64,000 nucleotides of DNA, from the IMG/VR virus record IMGVR_UViG_3300032315_001715, positions 62,001-126,000 of that record; one strand, 5' to 3'. The position numbers were made by a program, and so were the translations under genes. Below, in pieces: positions 40,643 through 50,887 of the stretch (within the stretch, counting starts at the first letter, position 1; each line of letters starts with the position of its first letter). The notes under the pieces were generated by a model. That model searched no databases, had not been told where the DNA came from, and saw only the letters and a list, made by a program, of their open reading frames with translations.

Positions 40643-41413
40643 TCATGTTTTCCTTCTATACTCTGCCGAGTGATACCATTCTTTAACTTCGTCTAGATTC
40701 TCTATCAATAGCGACGGATCAGCATGCTGGTCAACCGTTTCCACGCGATATGGTTTAGAAAATCCGGGATAGATCCCGGATACCAATTCGTCAAATTGAA
40801 TTCGGATACCAATACCTCGTGAAATCAAATCTTCTTGTATCAGAATGGTCGACTGCATGCGCCAATACACCTTATGCATGGTATTGTAGTCAACCACAAC
40901 GGGCTCACTATCGTGTTGACCATCCGGGTTAGCATTGCTTCTAACCACCAGATAGCTGACCAACTGATCCCATGGGTTGCGTTGTACACACAGCCATTTG
41001 CATCCTTGCAGATCAAGCATGATGGACGGAATCTGAAAGATGTTGTCTGGCCACACCGTAACTGCCCATCTGGTTTGTATGTTCGATAGCTGTCTCCAGC
41101 GACGCAGGCGATCTAGAATCTTAACAGTGTGCTTGTAATCCTCAAGCAACGGGCGTTCCCTTGTCTGATTGCGATAATAGATTATGTCAGCAGGCGTCAT
41201 CCTTGATATCTTGCCATTCTCAAGACTGCTGGTCCTCGTATCAAAAAATTCACCAAATGCGTGATACCCAAACGATGCTAATATTGATGCTAGAAGCTTG
41301 GTACCAGATCTAGGAGATCCAAATATCACCAGTTTCTTGTGATCAAGTATCGAGGATTGTGTAACAGCGGTTCCTGCTTTGTCGTGGGAATTTATGTTGG
41401 ATAATTTTACCAT
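40643..41413 (-). CDS. sulfotransferase-like P-loop protein
   Basis: GSPRSGTKLL PAPS loop, GEFF, RNPWDQLVSY. Confidence 0.7.
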   Translation of the reverse strand: MVKLSNINSHDKAGTAVTQSSILDHKKLVIFGSPRSGTKLLASILASFGYHAFGEFFDTRTSSLENGKISRMTPADIIYYRNQTRERPLLEDYKHTVKILDRLRRWRQLSNIQTRWAVTVWPDNIFQIPSIMLDLQGCKWLCVQRNPWDQLVSYLVVRSNANPDGQHDSEPVVVDYNTMHKVYWRMQSTILIQEDLISRGIGIRIQFDELVSGIYPGFSKPYRVETVDQHADPSLLIENLDEVKEWYHSAEYRRKT

Positions 41414-41497
41414 TTCGGCACCTAAGTATGTTTAGATTTAATCTATTTTCCTAAATTTGTTTTAGACTGTTCCGTATCTAGGCTTGAAGGTAACCAC

Positions 41498-41899
41498 CTA
41501 TTCGACCGTGTTCGAATTAATGATAACACCGTTGCTTGTCAACGGCACATATGGGCAATAGTATGCAGCGACATCAATTGTTGGTGTCCAAATCTTCTCA
41601 TCGAAGGTCAGAATATACGATACCTTATCTTCCTCGGTTTCTGTGTATGTGTACCACCTAGGTATCATGTAATTAACGTTTGGTAGTGGTTCTGGCTGCA
41701 CCACGACCCGTCCTAAACATCTAGTCTTCCATGCTGCAAATTCTGATGTTTCCTTTCCATTGGCATCAAACACACCCCGTCGTACCGACAGCTTGTGCCA
41801 TCCGTCAACTGATTCTAAACGAGGTATATGTTTCTCAGGTGTGGTGCTATCCACAGACACCGTCAGTTGTTGGGTTAATGCGCCGATGTTGCTCGCCAT
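41498..41899 (-). CDS. hypothetical protein ending in a major-capsid-like motif
   Basis: C-terminal DVAAYYCPYVPLTSNGVII. Confidence 0.55.
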   Translation of the reverse strand: MASNIGALTQQLTVSVDSTTPEKHIPRLESVDGWHKLSVRRGVFDANGKETSEFAAWKTRCLGRVVVQPEPLPNVNYMIPRWYTYTETEEDKVSYILTFDEKIWTPTIDVAAYYCPYVPLTSNGVIINSNTVE

Positions 41900-42600
41900 G
41901 GGAATCCCCCTGGGTACCGTTGGTGCATCACAGCATTACCCTGCAGAAAGAAACTGGCATTAACAGAGGTCGGATTACCATCCAATCTGTAACAAATGGT
42001 TGCATGGCCTGTGCAGCCAAAGTTCGGAACGTGGTGTGATATTGCTGCATAAAATCGTCGATCTCCTCCCCATCCACTGTACCAGGCAGACGCCATCATC
42101 ACAATGGTTTCGCGCCGTATGCAATATGTAGAGGTATCGACTAGATGATGCTGATCACTGAGATAGATTGGGAATCTACCTAGGCTTTCGCAGTCGTCAT
42201 CACAGATGTAGTTACCATCTGCATCGTATATTTTGCGCAGGCTATGACACCATGACCACCCATTGGTCTCACAGGCATTAATCATAATTGCGATGTGATC
42301 GGATTCAAACCAGTTATCCTGATCCAGAGCAACCCAGTAATCTTGCTCCATTAGGGCAGCGCTCATGAAATAAATCCGATGCCCGTACCATCCATTTGCT
42401 CCCACATTCCATGGTAGGACCATGTGCTTAACGGACGGAAACTCGTCAAGTATCAATTTAGTACGATCCAGGAATTCCGGACCGTCGATCACCACTAAAC
42501 ATGTGATGTTTTCGTGTGTTTGGTTGAGGACACTTGCGATAGCGGTTCTGAGAGTGGGAGACCCGGTTGTGGGAATCACCACCAGTGCTGACTTTACCAT
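41875..42600 (-). CDS. glycosyltransferase family 2
   Basis: VVIPT, SVLNQT, VVIDG, LDQDN, DRRF. Confidence 0.88.
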   Translation of the reverse strand: MVKSALVVIPTTGSPTLRTAIASVLNQTHENITCLVVIDGPEFLDRTKLILDEFPSVKHMVLPWNVGANGWYGHRIYFMSAALMEQDYWVALDQDNWFESDHIAIMINACETNGWSWCHSLRKIYDADGNYICDDDCESLGRFPIYLSDQHHLVDTSTYCIRRETIVMMASAWYSGWGGDRRFYAAISHHVPNFGCTGHATICYRLDGNPTSVNASFFLQGNAVMHQRYPGGFPWRATSAH

Positions 42601-42639
42601 CACTAATTATGCACAGAATCACCACTACAAGTCACGAAT

Positions 42640-43605
42640 CTATGCGGCCTTGCGCTGATTATTCCCAACATGGATGCGCTTGCCAATCTTGTTCATCGTG
42701 AATCCACGTAGACTAAGCTCATTGCGGCTGTCAAAGTCGGCATCGAGCAATCCGCGTGCAAACTGCTCAACATGGTTAACGCTGAATCCATACACCCCTT
42801 GCAGATCAAGAACACGCAGGATCATGTTCTTGATGCGCAGATATCCTAAATCGCGCACCTTGGTCCATTCTAAACAGCCATCTGTCATGGTTACTGATGA
42901 GATGTCCTGATCCGCTAGCATTGTTGTTAGCTCCCAAGCTTCGCTAAGATGCTGGATGCTGCGAATGGTGTTGATGTCGGCGATATCAAATCTTTCCTGG
43001 ATCACCGGCCAAATACGATTGCGGATGTAGTTACGGTCATATTTGTTATCAGAATTGGAAGGATCTTCAATCGCAACCACGCCATGTTCACCGGCCCACG
43101 CTTCAATTTGATCCCGTGTGACATTTAACATCGGGCGGAGAATCATCATTTTAGCATCGTACCAGCAAGGTGCGCTGGTATCCATGGCCTTGAGACCCTT
43201 AACGCCGCTGCCCCTGAACAGCTTGAGCAGGAAGCTTTCACACTGGTCGTTGGCGTGGTGTGCTAAAATCAGTGCATCGGCGCCACTTTCGCAAAACGCC
43301 CGATAACGGGCTTGCCGTGCAGCATATTCTAGATTGTTGCCGAGACCATCGAGGTTAACCTTCTTAACTTCACATGAGATCCGAAGGATCGTGCAGGTTG
43401 CCATGACATGATACGACCAATCCACACTATGTGGATGGATGCCATGATCAACATGCATCACGCGGATAGGTACCGGAAGAAGATCTCGATGTCGTGCCAG
43501 CCAGTGCAGGAGGACCATGCTGTCCATCCCACCGCTAACACCAACGAGGCAGTCTTTCTTACCGTCCAATAGCCGTGCGACGTCATCAACATTAATGATG
43601 TCCAT
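42640..43605 (-). CDS. tilS: tRNA(Ile)-lysidine synthase
   Basis: GVSGGMDS, HVDHG, AARQARY, AHHANDQCE, RPML, EDPSN..RNYIR. Confidence 0.92.
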   Translation of the reverse strand: MDIINVDDVARLLDGKKDCLVGVSGGMDSMVLLHWLARHRDLLPVPIRVMHVDHGIHPHSVDWSYHVMATCTILRISCEVKKVNLDGLGNNLEYAARQARYRAFCESGADALILAHHANDQCESFLLKLFRGSGVKGLKAMDTSAPCWYDAKMMILRPMLNVTRDQIEAWAGEHGVVAIEDPSNSDNKYDRNYIRNRIWPVIQERFDIADINTIRSIQHLSEAWELTTMLADQDISSVTMTDGCLEWTKVRDLGYLRIKNMILRVLDLQGVYGFSVNHVEQFARGLLDADFDSRNELSLRGFTMNKIGKRIHVGNNQRKAA

Positions 43606-43714
43606 TGGTACAAACGATCCTTTTAATTGTTAGACAGGGGGTGTGATTCCCAAGATATCCCGTTGCATTTGTTGCAGCTTACAGCATGCAGGATGATTGT
43701 CAACTCCAAAGAGC

Positions 43715-44173
43715 CTATGTGGATCCCTTTTGATCTTCCACGAACTTTTTTAGGATCTTGGCAGCCGAGTCATGATTGATCATCTGGGACACTCCCCAGT
43801 GTAATGGCTCTGGCAGGGAATCAATGTCACACCAAACATGTCCGGCGCTTTCCCAGTTCAACGTTGGCTGGAATTGCTTTTCAACCACACACGCATATGT
43901 ATAGAATCGAAATCTAGGAGCATGTGCATCGTTGGTATAAATCAACCGTAGTGGCCGATCACCGATGTCAAACCCTATTTCCTCAAACACCTCTCGCCGG
44001 GCAGCAACCGAAGGTCTCTCGCCAGGGTCAACCTTACCCCCTGGCAATGCCCATGTTAAGGGCATCGGTACGTATTCGCTGCGCTGTATCAGAAGAAACC
44101 GATCAGTCTCCATTGCTATGATAAGGCAGCCAGAGCCACTTTTATGCGGCTGTTGTAAATCTCTGGCTTTCAT
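43715..44173 (-). CDS. NUDIX hydrolase
   Basis: WALPGGKVDPGERPSVAARREVFEEIG Nudix box. Confidence 0.92.
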   Translation of the reverse strand: MKARDLQQPHKSGSGCLIIAMETDRFLLIQRSEYVPMPLTWALPGGKVDPGERPSVAARREVFEEIGFDIGDRPLRLIYTNDAHAPRFRFYTYACVVEKQFQPTLNWESAGHVWCDIDSLPEPLHWGVSQMINHDSAAKILKKFVEDQKGST

Positions 44174-44181
44174 TGTGATAT

Positions 44182-45540
44182 TTATCGATCAATGGCGGAT
44201 AGCTTTTTAAGGGCCACGACCTCTTGGCGATAAATCGATCGAAGTTTTGCCGGATCAGCCAGGATTTCTTGATAATCAGCAATGGTTTGGGTCAGTTCGG
44301 CGATCTTCTTAATGACCTCATCATACGCATCCTTGGCCCATCGATAGCTAGGCAGAGCCGCTATGCGATCTTTCTGTTCACCGTCAACGTCAATTTTTGC
44401 CGTAAATGCAATAATTTTTTCAATGATCTCAGTGCGATTAGCAGCCTTAGGAAGAAAACCAGGAAGTCCCTTATCGTAGCACGCCTTGAGGGCTAAATTC
44501 CAGTTTAGCAAGCGGCTAGCATCGTCGATCATCTTTTGATATCGAACGCCATAAAACCCCAAGCGCCATTCGACGAATTCCCTGATGAGAATTTCTGTAT
44601 TTTCATATTGCTTGATGTTGTTTCCATCCCAGTCTAATACCACCAGTCGTTCGGTTGTTTTGCTTTTTAGCTTGAGGAAGTCAATGGCCTTGCTTTCGGT
44701 CCAGCCGTTGATGGTACCTCGTTTGAACCTAACCTCAAATTTGATATCCTTGGTAGATCGATCGATGTAGGTTTGTATCAGCTCCTCGTCCTCCATCTTG
44801 TTTAACCGAGCCTTGAATTTTTCCGGACTGAGATCTGGCGGCAATTCGGTTACTATAACTGTCGACCCGTCGATGACGACCTTGCCGGTAAACTCATATG
44901 CATTGTCCCCCAATCCCCTGACCTGGGTTTGCAAGTATTCATAGCAAGGTAGCAATTCCGGCAGCTTCTTCTTACCGTCAATGGCTGCCAGGGTTGATTC
45001 GATCAAGCCGGACATGCTACGTGGGAGGATTTCCGTGCTCCATCCAACCGCAATTCCGCTCACACCGTTGAGCAATACCAATGGGATCAGTGGCAGGAAA
45101 TTCTTCGGCTCGAGGACCGATCCGTCGTAGTTTTCCTTCAACGGGATGATATCATAATCTTGGTAGATCAGGTTCTCTGTATGTGCGTTCTTCTTCACAT
45201 ATGTATATCGAGGTGCACCCCAATCGGTTGGACCAATTCGTGTACCAAATGCACCAATGCCACTAAGCAAAGGAATGTTGTTGCAATACGGAGCAGCCAT
45301 CATCGATATGGTGTCAGCTGCTGCGGCATCACCGTGAAGATAGATGTTTTCAGAAATCAACTTGCCGGCCAGTGATACCGTTTTGATCTTTTCGTTGATG
45401 GTCTTCATCACGAATAGAGCTTTACGCTGGGAATCCTTGAGACCGTCGCTTACGGAGGGAATTCCTCGGCTTTGGCAAACGTAGATCGAATAGTCTCGGC
45501 TAGTGTCCTTGATGAATGTTGTGGTGTCGGCGTAGGTCAT
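44182..45540 (-). CDS. type II DNA topoisomerase, GyrA/gp52-like subunit
   Basis: RGIPSVSDGLKDSQRK, YLHGD, APRYT catalytic Tyr, LLNGVSGIAVGW. Confidence 0.93.
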   Translation of the reverse strand: MTYADTTTFIKDTSRDYSIYVCQSRGIPSVSDGLKDSQRKALFVMKTINEKIKTVSLAGKLISENIYLHGDAAAADTISMMAAPYCNNIPLLSGIGAFGTRIGPTDWGAPRYTYVKKNAHTENLIYQDYDIIPLKENYDGSVLEPKNFLPLIPLVLLNGVSGIAVGWSTEILPRSMSGLIESTLAAIDGKKKLPELLPCYEYLQTQVRGLGDNAYEFTGKVVIDGSTVIVTELPPDLSPEKFKARLNKMEDEELIQTYIDRSTKDIKFEVRFKRGTINGWTESKAIDFLKLKSKTTERLVVLDWDGNNIKQYENTEILIREFVEWRLGFYGVRYQKMIDDASRLLNWNLALKACYDKGLPGFLPKAANRTEIIEKIIAFTAKIDVDGEQKDRIAALPSYRWAKDAYDEVIKKIAELTQTIADYQEILADPAKLRSIYRQEVVALKKLSAIDR

Positions 45541-45614
45541 TCTGTTCTCACATCTATGCGTTAACTATGTGTAATAGGCAAATAAATTGGTGTCAGCTAT
45601 CATGCGGTGGAATT

Positions 45615-45908
45615 TTAGGTCCATGTTAACTGAAATAGAGTTCGATCATCGATTCTTTCAAAGAACACCACCATATCTCCCTGAGGAGCAATCAGCTCAC
45701 CCCACCCGGATTGACCAGATGTCGGAGTTCGGGTCTTGTTCCATGCCCACACGGTACCATGGCAATGGCGTTCAACCCACTCTCGAATTTCGATCCGTAG
45801 ATCAGGGCGTTGGTCGAGAATTTCTGACCGTAAATCCACCCCGGTGGTATTGACCGGTACGTACCATTTTGCATGATCAGCGCTGTTGAGATATCGGAAT
45901 TTTTCCAT
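45615..45908 (-). CDS. small protein of the F...D...F..TW family, between the topoisomerase subunits
   Basis: IREWVERHC..VFFERIDDRTLFQLTWT. Confidence 0.65.
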   Translation of the reverse strand: MEKFRYLNSADHAKWYVPVNTTGVDLRSEILDQRPDLRIEIREWVERHCHGTVWAWNKTRTPTSGQSGWGELIAPQGDMVVFFERIDDRTLFQLTWT

Positions 45909-45909
45909 A

Positions 45910-47796
45910 TCAGTTCAGTGCCACCCATGCCTTGCGATCATCGGCCCTGGATCCGTTAAAGATTAAGTCCAACGCTTCGGCAAGCTTGCCGTCATCGGTT
46001 AGCGGTATCAATCGAGGGGTTGACAAGCTGTTTACCCAGTCGATTTCCTCAAGGCTACCAAGTCCCTTGGCCCTGGTTGGTTTTGGAGCACCCTTCCAGT
46101 TATCTGGATTGTAGGTATGATAATCATCTGCATACCAGTAGTGCCGCTTCTTACCTTTTTCTTGGATGATAAACGGAGTCTGGAAGGCATAAAAGAACGG
46201 TGTTAGATTAGCGTCAAACAGCTCTGGCCAATGCAGATAGAAGAAGTTTACCAGCAGTGCGGTGATGTTAGCACCGTCGGGATCTTGGTCAGCAGCAAGA
46301 TAGACCTTTCCATATCGCAGATCCTTTCTTTCAGCCTTTTGCCCAATGCCAACACCGATGGCTGTCATCATGTCAGCAATGATCTGATTGGCCATGACAT
46401 CCTTTGGACTTTCGCCGCGGACGTTGAGGATCTTTCCTCGCAGGGGTAGCGCACCGTGCACCTCGGGGTCACGCACGGCCGACACCATGGTCTTGGCCGA
46501 GTCGCCCTCGGTTATCAGCAACACACACTTGGTACGATCCTTGCCATTGGCGTCAAGAAGCTTGGGAACCTTGTTCCGCATCAGCTTGCGGTTTGCCTTG
46601 GCAATGTCAGCATCATCTCGCTTTTGTGTTCGTGCTGCGCAGCGTGCATAAATCGCATCGATCCATGGCTTGTTTTGCTTGATGATGATCTTGAATGTAT
46701 TTTCATCCTCAAGGCTGTTCTTGAGATATTTGTCAACCTCATCGTTGATCAACCTGGTCTTGCTTTGGCTATCAAAGTTTGGAGCATGCATGGTGGTGGT
46801 ATTGTAGATCAACAGTCCTTCGGCGATGTCGCTTCGATTCGGAGTTAATCCGCGCCGCTTGCTTTCACGTTCCAAGGCCTTGATCATGCCACCGTAAAAC
46901 AACCTCTTGAACGTATCGATATGCTGCCCGCCATTGAATGCCGGGATATCGTTGACCGTCGAATGTAGATATTCTCCTTCCTCGGCAAATCCTGGTAGAA
47001 GATAATAGGTGCTGTTGAACTTTTCTTCAGCAATGCCGATGATCACCACGTCCTTATTGGCAAACATGGTGCGGTCGATGCTCTTACCAACCACCACGCG
47101 GTCACCATTAAACGTGAACCTAACACGGGGATGGTTTGCTGCGACCTCAAATACCCTGGCCTTGACAAATGCCAGCGGGATCTTGGCCTTGGGAAACACG
47201 GATGAGCTCAGGGTAAAACGAACATTAGTACCGGTCTTGCCCGAGTTGCTGGTGATCTTCGGTTCGCTGATATCTAGCTCCGGAAGTATCTCCGTGCCTT
47301 CACGGAAGGTTTGCTGGAATCGCTTGGTATCCCTGACGATATCGATGGTGAATTCCTTGGAACAGCTAACCACCACCGAAGCACCAATACCGTTGGTGCC
47401 GCGAACTTCTTCACGGTCACCAAAGTTTCGACCAGCACGGGCCTGGGTTAGTGCCAGGGTCGCCTTGTGCATGTTTTCGTTTTCGTCCCAGTCGATGGGT
47501 ATCCCTCGACCGTTATCGGTTACGGAAAAGCTCAATGTCGTTGGATCATAGGTAACATCAATGTTGTTACCGTGTCCATGCCCAACAACCTCATCGAGGG
47601 CATTGTCGAACACCTCTCTAAAGGAGCAATACGCTGCAGGTGTCCACGACACTTCCTCGGCTATGAGTTTTGTGCCGTCCCAGTTGATCACGGTTTGGGT
47701 GTGTATGTTCCTAGAACCAAGATACATTTCTGTGCGAAGCCTGTGGTGAGCGTAATCGCTCAACTTGACTATCTCGTCAGCTTTCTTTTTAGACAT
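45910..47796 (-). CDS. type II DNA topoisomerase, GyrB/gp39+60-like subunit
   Basis: EVFDNALDE, DNGRGIP, GTNGIG, TEGDSA, PLRGKILN, DQDPDG, KGLGS. Confidence 0.95.
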   Translation of the reverse strand: MSKKKADEIVKLSDYAHHRLRTEMYLGSRNIHTQTVINWDGTKLIAEEVSWTPAAYCSFREVFDNALDEVVGHGHGNNIDVTYDPTTLSFSVTDNGRGIPIDWDENENMHKATLALTQARAGRNFGDREEVRGTNGIGASVVVSCSKEFTIDIVRDTKRFQQTFREGTEILPELDISEPKITSNSGKTGTNVRFTLSSSVFPKAKIPLAFVKARVFEVAANHPRVRFTFNGDRVVVGKSIDRTMFANKDVVIIGIAEEKFNSTYYLLPGFAEEGEYLHSTVNDIPAFNGGQHIDTFKRLFYGGMIKALERESKRRGLTPNRSDIAEGLLIYNTTTMHAPNFDSQSKTRLINDEVDKYLKNSLEDENTFKIIIKQNKPWIDAIYARCAARTQKRDDADIAKANRKLMRNKVPKLLDANGKDRTKCVLLITEGDSAKTMVSAVRDPEVHGALPLRGKILNVRGESPKDVMANQIIADMMTAIGVGIGQKAERKDLRYGKVYLAADQDPDGANITALLVNFFYLHWPELFDANLTPFFYAFQTPFIIQEKGKKRHYWYADDYHTYNPDNWKGAPKPTRAKGLGSLEEIDWVNSLSTPRLIPLTDDGKLAEALDLIFNGSRADDRKAWVALN

Positions 47797-48063
47797 GGTT
47801 ATCCCAGATGTTAAAATGCTAGTTGGTCTTAAGCATTGGTCTTAAGCATATGCAAACCTATGCTAGGTCTGTCAACCAATGCAAAAACAAAGAGGTAGGA
47901 ATTTTCATTCCTACCCCACTTGTGTTTTCCTGTTTTCGTCTAATCGTTGACATAATCCGTATCATACAAACAGCCTGGCCGATTCTAGCGCTGTTAAACG
48001 ATGATTGACCAGCTTTTTTGAATACCAGTCGCGTGCTTATTTCAATAATATTTACTTATCAAT

Positions 48064-48100
48064 TAGGATTGGCAAGCGATCCTTGCACTTGCCAATCCTA
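48064..48100 (-). terminator. intrinsic terminator
   Basis: TAGGATTGGCAAG...CTTGCCAATCCTA just after the YccA stop. Confidence 0.6.
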
Positions 48101-48106
48101 TTTAGC

Positions 48107-48820
48107 TTAATCTTTCTTGATCCCGATCAGCTGCATGAGATGCACGAAGATATTGATGAAATCAAGATAAAGGGTTAGTGCTCCAAAGATCGAGCTCTTG
48201 GTCGGCGAATCAAACCCGTACACCTCGCCTCGGCTGAAGTATTCCTCCTTGAGCTTTTGGGTGTCATACGCGGTCAACCCGGTGAAAATCACCACGGCTA
48301 GGATGGAGATGATGAATGTCATCATTGAGCTTGCTAGGAAGATGTTAACCATGCTGGCAATGAATATACCAATTGCTCCCATGATGAGAAATCCGCCCAT
48401 GGTGGTTAGATCCCTACCGGTGGTATATCCATAAAGGCTTGCCGCGGCAAATGTCCCCGCGGTTATGAAAAATACCTGGGCAATGCTTGCGGTGGTGTAT
48501 AATACGAATATCGTGCTCAAGCTCACGCCCATCGACGCCGAGAATGCCCAAAACAAAACGTTAGCAGCGGTGTTGCTAAGTCTATCCATTCCAAATGATA
48601 GAATCAAAACAAACACCAGCGGTAACAGTGCCAGCACGATCCAAGTCCAGCTGTGCATCAATGGCAACAGTGCCGTGCTGCCCCACCATGCAACGATGCC
48701 GGTAACGGCCAATGCACCGGTCATCCTGTTGTAGATACCAAGCATGTATTCCCTGAGCCCGGCATTGATTTCATTTGAAGAAAGTGCCGGGATCGCATCC
48801 GGCGGATAATGATGGTTCAA
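48107..48820 (-). CDS. Bax inhibitor-1/YccA family membrane protein
   Basis: Seven TMs; GLREYMLGIY, YGYTTGRDL, TAYDTQKLK, GALTLYLDFINIF. Confidence 0.92.
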   Translation of the reverse strand: MNHHYPPDAIPALSSNEINAGLREYMLGIYNRMTGALAVTGIVAWWGSTALLPLMHSWTWIVLALLPLVFVLILSFGMDRLSNTAANVLFWAFSASMGVSLSTIFVLYTTASIAQVFFITAGTFAAASLYGYTTGRDLTTMGGFLIMGAIGIFIASMVNIFLASSMMTFIISILAVVIFTGLTAYDTQKLKEEYFSRGEVYGFDSPTKSSIFGALTLYLDFINIFVHLMQLIGIKKD

Positions 48821-48896
48821 GTTTGTCCCTCCTTAAGGTGATCAATCGTTAAATATTACGACAAGATACGCTGGATCACAAGAGAGGACCAATACG

Positions 48897-49730
48897 TTGA
48901 GAATCATTGAATTGGCTAGAAACATCATCAAGGAATCATTTACCGACATCAGCGTTGTTAAACTTGGCATCGGTGCATTGGTAAATCAGGCAGATGCCGA
49001 TCTAGGTGATGAAGCCGCGGCCGCCATAGACGCATTTGTTGGGGTTCCCCACGATGCGATAAAAAAAGGATATACATTTGGAATCATGCATTCCAGACCG
49101 CTTGAAGACGCATATTCTTCCAATCCAAGTCCCCGAGGAATCAAAATGCGTCAGCAGTTGGATTCGGCATTTGCTCCTATAAAGTCGGCATTGAAGTCTA
49201 AGTTTGGCAATGTTATGACGTTGTATCGAGGCCAAGAGAGCATTGATAATGAGAAAACGGAAAGAACCACACTTAGCTGGACATCCGATCCCCGAATTGC
49301 TGCCACGTTCGCCGGTATCGAACCGTGGGAAATGAAGCTGAAGCCCATTACCGATGAACAAATACAATCCGCATTGGACACATATGCCAAAACAGGAGAG
49401 GTTAAATTCCTCAGGAACCGATACGTTCGCACGGACACTCCGACTGATGAGGAAGGAAAGGACGAATTCTATTACGACATATATGACAATCACGACGATC
49501 TACTAACCGACGGCGACGATCTTGAGAATGAATTCAAGGATCATCAGAGATACCATCAGGAATTGATAGATAAACGGGCTCGAAAACTTACAAAGGTGGT
49601 CAGGGCTGAAATACCAGTTGATGACATCATCTGGATAACCGATCGCGCGGGACAAAGCGAATTCATCCTGCACAATCGGCCTGGTGCTCGAGGTTACATT
49701 GATGCTAAAGGAAAGCTGATAAAAGGATAG
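48897..49730 (+). CDS. putative ADP-ribosyltransferase-fold protein, late-expressed
   Basis: TLYRG, LSWTSD..A..FA, QSEFI (R-S-E pattern); N-terminus MRIIELARNIIKES; TAAATA at 48850-48855. Confidence 0.55.
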   Translation: MRIIELARNIIKESFTDISVVKLGIGALVNQADADLGDEAAAAIDAFVGVPHDAIKKGYTFGIMHSRPLEDAYSSNPSPRGIKMRQQLDSAFAPIKSALKSKFGNVMTLYRGQESIDNEKTERTTLSWTSDPRIAATFAGIEPWEMKLKPITDEQIQSALDTYAKTGEVKFLRNRYVRTDTPTDEEGKDEFYYDIYDNHDDLLTDGDDLENEFKDHQRYHQELIDKRARKLTKVVRAEIPVDDIIWITDRAGQSEFILHNRPGARGYIDAKGKLIKG

Positions 49731-49739
49731 GGCGGGATT

Positions 49740-50005
49740 TCTCCCGCCCCTTCTGTTTCTAGGCCTTCCTTGTGGCCCAATGGAATTACGCTGCTAGCAG
49801 CTCATTCTCAAATGCTGCGTTATCATTTGCTGCATTTACAATTTTCTTGCGTTAAGGTAGCTTGCGCACCGCAACCGCACTATTGCTAGATTCCTTTTGC
49901 CCTTAATGCTGCCAATCGATCCCAAATCCGGCCCATAAATGGTGGACCGGAGGAGAATTGAACTCCTGTCTTGTTCAGCTTATTTGGCTACAGTCAAACA
50001 GTTAC
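49740..50005 (-). ncRNA. ssrA: two-piece (circularly permuted) tmRNA
   Basis: GAC AGGAG TTCAATT CTCCT CCGGTCC A CCA, TTTAT linker, GGGCCGG (G3-U70); tag ORF 49786-49833 AANDNAAFENELLAA*; terminator hairpin ~49729-49750; ends approximate. Confidence 0.93.
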
Positions 50006-50036
50006 ATCTTTATTTATGCGAAATTCTCCTCAGTTG

Positions 50037-50837
50037 TCAACCTCGTATTCTCCCCCTTTTTAATCCAAGATTAGATATTGTTGGGTCCAATTTTTTTAGG
50101 GAGTAATTTCTATGCCCGTCATTATACCAAGATCGTCCATACGCCGGTGATTTATGATTCTTTTTCAAATCTTTCCATTGATCCAATGAGATCCATCCGT
50201 TTGGTTCAGAACCAGGAATATACCTATGACAGGTGTTCAATATTGAAATGCTTGGGATCGGGCCTTGATGATTTTGATCGATAAAAAATTTGGTACCATG
50301 CATACCGTTCCGATTACCTGACATTGATTTTGATAACCTGGCAACACGCTCGGCTCTTTTTTCTGGAGATAACCCTTTCCATTTATTTGGATCAATCTGT
50401 CCATTTGTTATTCGAGCTTTCCATCCATGATTTTTAGCATTGGCCCAAGTTTCTTCGGTCCAATACTTGGTCCCTCCTACTTTAATTTCCCCAGATTGGC
50501 ATTTTTGTCGAAGTGCCTGTAGATTTTTGCGATGTTCGGGCAAATCGTGATTAATGTGATCCCAACCTCCAACACCCCCGCATTTAAGATTATAAGTATC
50601 TTTCCTTTTTACAAACGATTCTGTTACAATTTCAGCTTCTGCGGCAAAAGCGTCGTCAGATGATTCAAAAGTTTCTATGATTTCTTTTCTGAAGTTATGA
50701 ATTCCATATTTCTTTATTGCCCGAATTATTGCCGTACCCGAACCCATGTAATCATCGTCAAATGATTCAGATTTATGTACGCCGACATAGATTTTATGAT
50801 TGATAAGATTTGTGATGCGATATAGATAATACATCAA
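50037..50837 (-). mobile_element. Seg-like GIY-YIG homing endonuclease
   Basis: YYLYRITNLINHKIYVGVHK, YMGSG, KYGIHNF.KE, YNL..GG, WYNDG. Confidence 0.88.
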
Positions 50838-50887
50838 CTATTTATTCAAATAGCCGAGTACTGCCACTCGGTCCTACCTATATAATA

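Noticed and set aside
47824-47849. 13-bp tandem repeat TGGTCTTAAGCAT upstream of the topoisomerase gene
   Set aside because: Only two copies; a regulatory site cannot be distinguished from a slippage duplication.
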